Shown here piece after piece: positions 9,662-17,456 of a stretch of DNA of 64,000 nt (positions within the stretch are counted from its first letter, which is position 1; every line of letters begins with the position of its first letter). Made by a program: the position numbers and the translations under genes. The DNA is from Candidatus Bathyarchaeia archaeon (GTDB lineage Archaea > Thermoproteota > Bathyarchaeia > Bathyarchaeales > Bathycorpusculaceae). The stretch spans positions 32,001 to 96,000 of the forward strand of contig JBEKHN010000005.1 in the NCBI GenBank assembly GCA_050012255.1, written 5' to 3'. The notes under the pieces were generated by a model. It made no database searches. It was not told the origin of the DNA and saw nothing but the letters and a program-made list of their open reading frames with translations.

Positions 9662-10366
9662 ATGGTGGCAAAGAATTTAAATACGGGCCCAGACAAACAC
9701 GGGTTCTCTGTTACGAGGAGAGAAGCCTTGGAGGCCAGGAAGAAAATATTCTTGATACTTTTTTCAACCATGTTTCTTCTGGGCACGTCTGCAACTCTGT
9801 TTCGGCCGATTTTCGCATCTGAAACGCTGATTTGGGAGGCATACGTGCCCTCCACAGGGTCAAACGTTACGACAAACGTTACGTTGCTTCAGGGAAATCA
9901 ATATCGCATCGTAGCGTCAGACAGGTGGTGGTACAGCATGCCGAACGAAAGCAACCTGGCGGCTGACGCGCAGTACTACACGACCGACTGGAACGACTCT
10001 TGGAACTGGGGAAACTACTTCAAAAATGACAGTCACTCGTTTCTGCAGATCAACGGGAATGACATGAACTGGGGGCCGTTTAGCAACGGGGACACAAACC
10101 ACACGTATACTATCCTCTACACCGGTCAGGGAGCACCAATCACATTCAGAATCTTCGACTGGATTGACGAAAACTACGCGAATAACCAGTGCAAACTACA
10201 CGTAAGAATCTATGAGGAGGTCACTGTCGGAGGACACATAGTGGACTTCAACCCGCTCGACACGATGCCCTTGTGGACATTAGGCTCCCTTGCCGTTGCC
10301 TTGTCTATCGTAGTTTCCCTCGTATATCGTAGCAAGGTCGGTCGCGGACGCTCCGCACTTTCATGA
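9662..10366 (+). CDS. Exported surface protein with C-terminal VGG motif + TM anchor
   Basis: N-terminal hydrophobic segment, many NxS/T sequons, VTVGGHIV..PLWTLGSLAVALSIVVSLVYRSK. Confidence 0.72.
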   Translation: MVAKNLNTGPDKHGFSVTRREALEARKKIFLILFSTMFLLGTSATLFRPIFASETLIWEAYVPSTGSNVTTNVTLLQGNQYRIVASDRWWYSMPNESNLAADAQYYTTDWNDSWNWGNYFKNDSHSFLQINGNDMNWGPFSNGDTNHTYTILYTGQGAPITFRIFDWIDENYANNQCKLHVRIYEEVTVGGHIVDFNPLDTMPLWTLGSLAVALSIVVSLVYRSKVGRGRSALS

Positions 10367-10399
10367 CAAGGACAAAGCGTTCAACACAACGTAGCGTGT

Positions 10400-10942
10400 C
10401 TAGTCAAGCTTGGGAGGCTTCACGTTCTTTCTTTTGACGAAAAAGAGTCCAAGCGCTAGGATGCCCAATGAGAGACCAACGAACGGTGCAGGCTCAGGAA
10501 CCTTGTTGCTGGGAATCGTGAACACTCCTGCTCGCTGCTGATTTGCTGGATACGTGCAGCCAGGCGAATCAAGGTTCTCTGCGCATGTCCACCTAAACTG
10601 GTAATACCCGACGTTTGACAAGACATATGACGCCTTGTTTGTGTAGCCATCGTTTACCACGCCGGTGAAGAGATTTCCAACGAACGTGAGCGAGCTGGGG
10701 TCTAGGCCATAGTATTCGTCGAGGGATGCAGATGCCCTCGCCTTCGTCGTTGGGTCTCCGTAACTGATGATGACGGTGACGACCGTGCCGACGGGTACAG
10801 CCTTGTTTACGATGCTGGTGCCGCCTGAGTCTTGCACGTCGATGGACTCTTGCAGGTTTGCTTTAACCACGCTTGCGGCGCCGAAGATTAGCATTAATGC
10901 AAAAACTGCGGCAAGAATGGCGACATGATTTTTTGCACTCAT
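10400..10942 (-). CDS. Exported protein with PEP-CTERM-like sorting signal
   Basis: Signal peptide; C-term VPEPAPFVGLSLGILALGLFFVKRK (motif-TM-basic). Confidence 0.78.
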   Translation of the reverse strand: MSAKNHVAILAAVFALMLIFGAASVVKANLQESIDVQDSGGTSIVNKAVPVGTVVTVIISYGDPTTKARASASLDEYYGLDPSSLTFVGNLFTGVVNDGYTNKASYVLSNVGYYQFRWTCAENLDSPGCTYPANQQRAGVFTIPSNKVPEPAPFVGLSLGILALGLFFVKRKNVKPPKLD

Positions 10943-11057
10943 CGTTCAGGCCTTCTCCATCTGTCTTTTTGGGCTTCCCGATTTATATGCATGTAAGGAA
11001 TAATCCTATAGAGGGTTTTTATAGAGTTGTCGGAAACGTGGCAGTCCAATATGAGGT

Positions 11058-11270
11058 TTATGATTGCATTGGCTGAACAACGCGCATGATGACGGTTGCC
11101 ATGAAGCCCATTCCGAGCGCTAACGCGACTAGTCTGAGACGTTTCTTTTCGATCGCAACGTTTCCCAGCTGGCCAGTCGAAGAGGAGAGCAGTTCAGAGG
11201 TGACTAAGAGTATGATCGCGGTGACGGCGAGCCACAGTCCGATGTCGGAGACTGACAGTGGAAACCTCAT
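11058..11270 (-). CDS. Small two-TM membrane protein
   Basis: 70 aa with two hydrophobic helices; GGTTAGGAAG upstream; coupled to the upstream gene. Confidence 0.75.
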   Translation of the reverse strand: MRFPLSVSDIGLWLAVTAIILLVTSELLSSSTGQLGNVAIEKKRLRLVALALGMGFMATVIMRVVQPMQS

Positions 11271-11274
11271 CTTC

Positions 11275-12018
11275 CTAACCTTCTTTGAAGTTGAAGGAGA
11301 CTTCGATAGTTTGAACGTCTGGCGAAGTGTTTATGGACTCGATCAGAGTCGGTTTGCCCGTGGCCTTTCCTAGTGCGGATGCTACGGCGCTGACGAGAGG
11401 GCATCCTAGAAGTCGCACGCTTCTTGGGCCTTCTTCAACGTAGAGATTCTTGAAGACCGAGTCTGATGTTTTCAGGATGACCCGGTGATCCTCTGTTTTC
11501 ATCTCGATTTCCTTTGCGAGCTGAAAGTTTTCCAGAATGATCTGTGGTAGGCTGGCGCACAAGTCTTCGAGGCTAATCTTCGTCAGGTCTGTTCTCAACA
11601 TCCTTTCAAACTGGTCCACAAGGCCTGATCCGGGCGCAGTTATGCATATTCCTCTGGGTTTTTTCGTCATAAACTTGCTGCTCGCAATCTCTTCAACCGA
11701 TGGCGGACCTGAGTTGACGTCGGCGGATATGAACACGATCGATTCTTTGAGGCCTTTTAAGTGTTCAGGCAGATAAACATCTTTTGGGTATGGCGGTACG
11801 TAGAGGCCCTTTCCTTCGTAGTTCAAGTCTTTGATTATTCTGTCGATCGTTGAATACAGCGTGACAGACGTTATGCCTAGGATGCTGCCTCTAACATAGG
11901 CGATGGGTCTGACCAAGAAGAAGAGGGCTCCCCACAGACAGGAATAATAGGACCGCCCTAAACACTCGCCAGCACAGGTCTGCTCTAATCCTCCACCCCA
12001 CCATTCTTCATAATCCAA
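11275..12018 (-). CDS. Hypothetical protein (V4R-like C-terminus), probably 5'-truncated or chimeric
   Basis: Plausible protein from WGALFFLVRP (~11935) onward, including LLGCPLVSAVASALGKATGKP; the first ~28 codons look non-native. Confidence 0.6.
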   Translation of the reverse strand: MDYEEWWGGGLEQTCAGECLGRSYYSCLWGALFFLVRPIAYVRGSILGITSVTLYSTIDRIIKDLNYEGKGLYVPPYPKDVYLPEHLKGLKESIVFISADVNSGPPSVEEIASSKFMTKKPRGICITAPGSGLVDQFERMLRTDLTKISLEDLCASLPQIILENFQLAKEIEMKTEDHRVILKTSDSVFKNLYVEEGPRSVRLLGCPLVSAVASALGKATGKPTLIESINTSPDVQTIEVSFNFKEG

Positions 12019-12186
12019 TATTTAAACAATTCAGTATGAAACATCTGTGCAAATTTTCTAGAACAATACTACACTGATTCTATATATCAATTATTCCCAA
12101 GATGTTCGATAACTTCAGAACAGATCCACCATACGAGTGAGGCTTCGTTAAACGTGAAACACGACCCCGCTCCAGACTCTACGTTG

Positions 12187-12315
12187 AGCCCTATGCACAC
12201 ACTCGGCCCCAGGCCTGCGGAAAGTCGGTAGGGCCTTGCCCAACGCCTACGTGCAGTACTAGCACCCTAGGGGGGAGGGGGAGGGTGAAATAGACGAGGT
12301 GAAAACGCGAATACA
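12187..12315 (-). repeat. ~130-bp intergenic element, copy 2
   Basis: Reverse complement aligns with 4081-4208; contains GGGGGGAGGGGGAGGG on the + strand. Confidence 0.85.
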
Positions 12316-12396
12316 GGGATGTAGCGCATCCAACTCGGGGATAACAAGCGTCCCCTGTTTCACAGCACACAGGAAGAGCTCTTTGAAACCGAGTTC

Positions 12397-13155
12397 TCAC
12401 CTGTACAAGTCTTTCTCCTTCGGCCTGACAAGCTCCGTGGCCTTCGCAGAATCAGACGCGGGGTAGTTGTACCCTCTGATTATGGCAACAGGAACGCCTT
12501 CGCTTGCTTGCCCAATCACCAGCTCAGCAGCCGAAGCAAGCTCGTCCACAATCGCCGTCTGCTTCACTCTCAGCACATACCCAAACAAATCCTTCTCCCC
12601 CCTCCTGTCTCTAATCGGCTTAATTCCCGCGACGCCTACGGCCACGTTTATCTCGCCAAGCCTAAGCGGACGACCATGAGTGTCAGAGACAATAACGGCC
12701 ACTTCACAGCCAGTCAACCTTCTCGTTTCTCGCCTAATCGTCTCAGCTGACCTGTCAGGGTCCACTGGCAACAAAGCCACGTTTCTCTCTCCAGGAACGT
12801 TAGACCTGTCAACACCAGAATTCGCGCAGACAAACCCCTGCTTCGTTTCCGTAACTAGGATACCCTCACCCATCCGGCTGATGCTCTTCGACTCACGAAG
12901 AACAACCTCCACCAAAGCAGGGTCCTTTCCAAACTGCTCCGCTATGCTCCTCGCAAAAGCTGACGGAACAACCTCATCAAGATTAACAACGTTGCCCTCG
13001 GCTCGCGAAACAAAAACATGCGTAACCACCAGTACGTCCCTGTCCTGAACGGGAGTACCCTGCTTCCGAGCCGCATCACAAACGAGCTTAGCAACACTGT
13101 CCCCTGTTTTTATGATGGGCAGCCCTTCTACCGCGATCACTTGAACCGCTTTCAA
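12397..13155 (-). CDS. cofE: Coenzyme F420-0:L-glutamate ligase
   Basis: GFVCANSGVDRSN, IVSDTHGRPLR, DLFGYVL, DELASAAELVIGQ..PVAIIRG; next to cofD. Confidence 0.93.
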   Translation of the reverse strand: MKAVQVIAVEGLPIIKTGDSVAKLVCDAARKQGTPVQDRDVLVVTHVFVSRAEGNVVNLDEVVPSAFARSIAEQFGKDPALVEVVLRESKSISRMGEGILVTETKQGFVCANSGVDRSNVPGERNVALLPVDPDRSAETIRRETRRLTGCEVAVIVSDTHGRPLRLGEINVAVGVAGIKPIRDRRGEKDLFGYVLRVKQTAIVDELASAAELVIGQASEGVPVAIIRGYNYPASDSAKATELVRPKEKDLYR

Positions 13156-13279
13156 CCGAAAGACCTCCGCCGATAAACACGTCGTATACTTGAAAGCAAC
13201 TTGAACTTATGCATTATACTGCCTATGACCAATCCGTACTGAAGACGTTCATGGCTAGGTTCAACAAAAAGAAGAGCCG

Positions 13280-14206
13280 TCATCTTCCCCCTTCTTTCAC
13301 AACAATCCTTGCTAATTCAACCCTGTCCCTCACCGTCTTCATTATTGTGTTCGCCGTGACTACTTTAATCCCGAGTTTTTCGATCTTCATCTTCGCCATT
13401 TCATCGGCAACGTCCAGCACAAAGACGTCAAGAAAGTCCTTGTAAAGACAAGCAACGGAATAGGCTGAGACCTCCAAGCCTAATCCTTTCATCAACCTGT
13501 CCGCAGGGCCTCTTATTGGGGCACCCGCAACTATCGGACTTATCCCGATCTTCCGAGCCTCACTCCGTCTTAAAGCCTCTCTCACGCCTCTTACAGACAG
13601 GATCGTGCCTATACTGACAATCGGATTACTCGGGCACACGATGACCAATTCGCTTCCAAGAATGGAGTCGATGACTCCTGGCGCAGCCTCGGCAGCCTCT
13701 GCTCCCACAAGTTTCACGCCTAACACAGCGTCTCTCCCACCTCGTCTCACTATATACTCTTGAAAATGCATGGAGCCTAACTCGGTTGTCACCCATGTTT
13801 CACACCTGTCGTCAGTCATCGGAAGAATCCTGACCTTCAGTCCCAAGGCCCGCGATATTTCAGCCGTCACCACAGACAGCTTGTACCCCCTCTTCAGCAG
13901 ACTGGTTCTGTACAGATGCGTTGCGAGGTCCTTATCGCCCAGGTTGAACCAAGTTTCAAACCCGTAACTTCTCAACATTTCGAGGCAACAAAACGTGTCT
14001 CCTCTTATCCCCCAACCCTTCTCCTCATCGACCATGCCTGCCAGAGTGTACGAGACTATGTCGAGGTCCGGTGAAACGTGCAGTCCGTAGAGCTCGATGT
14101 CATCACCCGTGTTCACAATCACGGACAGTTCCTTCTCCGGGATAACTCTGACCAGTCCAGAAAGGAATCTTGCAGCCCCAACCCCTCCAGCCAAGGCGGT
14201 TATCAA
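13280..14206 (-). CDS. cofD: 2-phospho-L-lactate transferase
   Basis: ALAGGVGAARFL, VNTGDD, SPDLD, WFNLGDKDLATH, MHFQEY, PSNPIVSI, GPADRLM. Confidence 0.94.
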   Translation of the reverse strand: MITALAGGVGAARFLSGLVRVIPEKELSVIVNTGDDIELYGLHVSPDLDIVSYTLAGMVDEEKGWGIRGDTFCCLEMLRSYGFETWFNLGDKDLATHLYRTSLLKRGYKLSVVTAEISRALGLKVRILPMTDDRCETWVTTELGSMHFQEYIVRRGGRDAVLGVKLVGAEAAEAAPGVIDSILGSELVIVCPSNPIVSIGTILSVRGVREALRRSEARKIGISPIVAGAPIRGPADRLMKGLGLEVSAYSVACLYKDFLDVFVLDVADEMAKMKIEKLGIKVVTANTIMKTVRDRVELARIVVKEGGR

Positions 14207-14461
14207 AAACTGGCACCCCAACGGTCTTTACCCGCTTTAGGGAGACATCCCTTAATATCACTGTCGCAACTTATGGGAAAAGTTTTCTCACAAGCCACAT
14301 GTGCGTTTTGTCATGGACAGCGAGCAACGTTTATATTAACAATTCGGACTCTGAAAGCTTTCCAAGAAGAAGGACTACTCATCCATGTCACACGTCAACT
14401 CCAGACCTGCAGCATTGTGCTTCGTTTCATGTTGGAGAGACGTTGAAGGATGTGACTTTTG

Positions 14462-15403
14462 ATGCCGTTGAAAGCGCTGAAGGAAGAAACGGCAGAATCA
14501 CTAACGTTAGAATGGGTTTTGCACGTGAAGAATTACAAGCTTACCCTTGATAAGAGCAAGTGTGTGGGTTGCCAGATTTGCACCTTAGCTTGTCCAAAAG
14601 AGGCTGTTAGACTTGAAAGACATCCGAAGATTCAGGGGGAAAAGGCGCAGAAAGCTAGGGTAGATATCGACTTGGCCAAGTGTAACTTCTGCGGGATATG
14701 TGACGTATCCTGTCCGTACGGTGCGATCAACGTTACTGTAGACGGAAAGCATTTACTCTCCGTTCTTGATAAGCAAAGTTTTCCTCAGCTCGTACGCGAT
14801 ATCAAGGTTGATGCACACAAGTTTCCGTTGGACCGCGAGAAGAGTGAAGATGTCTGCCCGCTGAAACTTATAAAAGTCTCCTTCTTGACTGCAGATGGAA
14901 AAAAGGTTGAAGATCTCTCTTCTTTAAGCGAGCCTGAGAGGCGACGGCTCAGCGTCAACGTTGAAATTGAAAAGGACCATTGCCCATGCTGCGGAGTATG
15001 CGAAGTGAAGCTTCCTGACGGGGCAATTCATGTGCGCAAGTTTCTTTCTGGAAAGCTCTCGATCAACGCCGAGAAGTGCCCAGACGGATGCACAGCCTGC
15101 ATGGATGTTTGTCCAATCACCGGAGCACTCTACGTTTCAGACAGCGACAAGAAGGTGCACGTAAACGAGATGTTCTGCGTCTACTGTGGAGCCTGTAAAC
15201 TCGCTTGCCCAGTGGACGATGCTCTTGAGCTCAAAAGGACCCGCATTAACCATACGCCCGTCCGCTCAGGCGCTTGGAACAAGGCTCTGGAACGCCTCAC
15301 CTCATCCACAGAGATGAGCAAGGAATTGAAGACCAGGGGTTCTCTGAAAGCGCGAGAATCTGTGAAGAAGAGGGTAGGATTGAAGGGGGAGAAATGTGCC
15401 TAG
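14462..15403 (+). CDS. Polyferredoxin (FwdF/MvhB-like)
   Basis: Multiple CxxCxxCxxxCP motifs; first gene of the hdrA operon. Confidence 0.85.
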   Translation: MPLKALKEETAESLTLEWVLHVKNYKLTLDKSKCVGCQICTLACPKEAVRLERHPKIQGEKAQKARVDIDLAKCNFCGICDVSCPYGAINVTVDGKHLLSVLDKQSFPQLVRDIKVDAHKFPLDREKSEDVCPLKLIKVSFLTADGKKVEDLSSLSEPERRRLSVNVEIEKDHCPCCGVCEVKLPDGAIHVRKFLSGKLSINAEKCPDGCTACMDVCPITGALYVSDSDKKVHVNEMFCVYCGACKLACPVDDALELKRTRINHTPVRSGAWNKALERLTSSTEMSKELKTRGSLKARESVKKRVGLKGEKCA

Positions 15404-17456
15404 AAGAACTGCCCTTAAGAAAGCTGAAACGCCTGAGAAAGAAAGAAGACCGAGACAGACGAAGCCGAAGGCAAAAGCCGAAGAGCCTCGGATAGGAGTC
15501 TTCGTCTGCCAATGCGGTTCAAACATAGCTTCAGTGATAGATGTTGATGCTCTAACAAGATATGCCAGGACTTTGCGGAACGTGGCTCACGCTGAGAACA
15601 TGAACTATCCCTGCAACCACCAGGGTCAGGACGCGATAATCGCAGCCATAAAGGACAAGAAGCTCAACCGCGTAGTCGTGGCCGGCTGCTCACCAAGGCT
15701 TTATGAACCGACCTTTCAAAGCTGTGTGTCTCAAGCAGAGCTTAATCCATGGCTTTTTGAGATGGCAAACATCCGAGAATTCGCATCCTACTGCCACCAG
15801 ACCACACCTGGAGAGGCAACGGAAAAAGCAAAAGACACAGTTAGAATGGCCGTTGCCAAAGCAAGACTCTTGGAACCGTTAAAACCGATAGAACTGCCCA
15901 TGACGAAAAGGGTTATGGTCATCGGCGGCGGAATCGCCGGAATCAACGCTGCCCTAGACTTGGCCGACATGGGTTTCAAAGTTTACATAGTTGAAAAAAC
16001 CGAAACCATAGGAGGCTACATGGCGCTGCTGGACAAGACGTTTCCAACTCTTGACTGCAGTATATGCATCGAAGGGCCCAAAATGGTTGACGTCGGCAGA
16101 CATCCTAACATTGAAATAATCTCTTACGCCGATGTCTTGAAAGTCGACGGGTATGCTGGCAACTTCAAGGTTAAAGTCCGTAAGAACCCCCGTTACGTCA
16201 TAGCTGCAAACTGCACCGGCTGCGGCGAGTGCAGAGACGCGTGTCCGATAGAATATCCAAACTATGCAGACATGTATCTTGGCGTGAGAAAGGCAATATC
16301 GATTCCGTTCGGTCAAGCTGTCCCACTTACGCACACGATCAACCGCGACTACTGCATCGAATGCTACAAGTGTGTTGACGCCTGTGGGGCCCGTCAAGCG
16401 ATAAACTTTGACCAGAAGCCCGAAGAGATTGACCTCAACGTTGGAGCCATAGTCGTCACCATTGGCTACGGAATGTACAACCCTAAGGACCTAGAGTGGA
16501 CCGGCTACGGCAAGTTCTCTAATGTTTTCACAGCGCTGGAGTTTGAAAGGCTTATACTCGCGGCAGGACCGACCGGCGGCAAAGTAGTCCGGGCCTCAGA
16601 TGGGCAAAAACCACATTCTGTAGCGTTCATCCAGTGCGTCGGATCGCGAGACGTCAACAGGTACGAATACTGCTCGAGCTTCTGCTGCATGTACACCCTT
16701 AAACATGCGGTCATGCTTAAAGAGAAGTACAGGGACGCCATCGAAGTCCACGTTTTTTACAACGACATGAGAAGCAACTTCAAAGGCTACGAGGAATTCT
16801 TCAACAGAGCCCAAAAATCCGGAGTCAGATTCCTGAGAGTCAAGCTTGAAAACCGGCGAATAACCGAGGACGCGCAGACCAAGAGCTTGACAGTTTACGG
16901 GGAAACAGAGGACTGCAAGCCTGTCTCAGCAGAGGCGGACATGGTAGTCTTGGCAAACGCGGCCGTTCCAGCCGAAACGGGGCCTGAGGTGGCAAGAATT
17001 CTGAACATCCCCCTTGGAAAAGACGGGTTCTTCAAGGAATGTCAACCCAAGATCAGGCCAACAGACACTGAAGTGCCTGGAATATTCTTGGCAGGCGCAT
17101 GCCAAGGCCTGAAGGATATTCCCTACAGCGTAGCCCAAGGAAGTGCCGCGGCAGCTCAAGCTGCATCTGTTCTCAGCAAAGATTCATGGACCGTTGAGCC
17201 GCTCGTTGCAAAAGTCAACGAGGAACTTTGCAGCGGCTGCAGAATATGCGAATCAGCCTGCAGTTACCGCGCCATCAACGTCGAGAAAGTTGACGAAAAA
17301 CCCGTCGCAAAGGTTGTTGAAGGCTTGTGCCGAGGCTGCGGCATCTGCAGTTCTGCTTGTCCGATGGACGCGATAACGATGCCGAACTATTCGGACAACC
17401 AGATCGTGACCCAGATTCAGGCAGTCATGGAAAAAAGGGTGAAAAAGCGTGAGTGA
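15396..17456 (+). CDS. hdrA: Heterodisulfide reductase subunit A-like flavoprotein
   Basis: RIGVFVCQCG, VVAGCSP, IGGGIAG, LDKTFPTLDCSICI, FIQCVGSRD, YCSSFCC, C-terminal ferredoxin. Confidence 0.94.
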   Translation: MPRRTALKKAETPEKERRPRQTKPKAKAEEPRIGVFVCQCGSNIASVIDVDALTRYARTLRNVAHAENMNYPCNHQGQDAIIAAIKDKKLNRVVVAGCSPRLYEPTFQSCVSQAELNPWLFEMANIREFASYCHQTTPGEATEKAKDTVRMAVAKARLLEPLKPIELPMTKRVMVIGGGIAGINAALDLADMGFKVYIVEKTETIGGYMALLDKTFPTLDCSICIEGPKMVDVGRHPNIEIISYADVLKVDGYAGNFKVKVRKNPRYVIAANCTGCGECRDACPIEYPNYADMYLGVRKAISIPFGQAVPLTHTINRDYCIECYKCVDACGARQAINFDQKPEEIDLNVGAIVVTIGYGMYNPKDLEWTGYGKFSNVFTALEFERLILAAGPTGGKVVRASDGQKPHSVAFIQCVGSRDVNRYEYCSSFCCMYTLKHAVMLKEKYRDAIEVHVFYNDMRSNFKGYEEFFNRAQKSGVRFLRVKLENRRITEDAQTKSLTVYGETEDCKPVSAEADMVVLANAAVPAETGPEVARILNIPLGKDGFFKECQPKIRPTDTEVPGIFLAGACQGLKDIPYSVAQGSAAAAQAASVLSKDSWTVEPLVAKVNEELCSGCRICESACSYRAINVEKVDEKPVAKVVEGLCRGCGICSSACPMDAITMPNYSDNQIVTQIQAVMEKRVKKRE

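Noticed and set aside
12268-12290. G-quadruplex at GGGGGGAGGGGGAGGG
   Set aside because: Only three clear G-runs, and they are not preserved in the other copy of the element.
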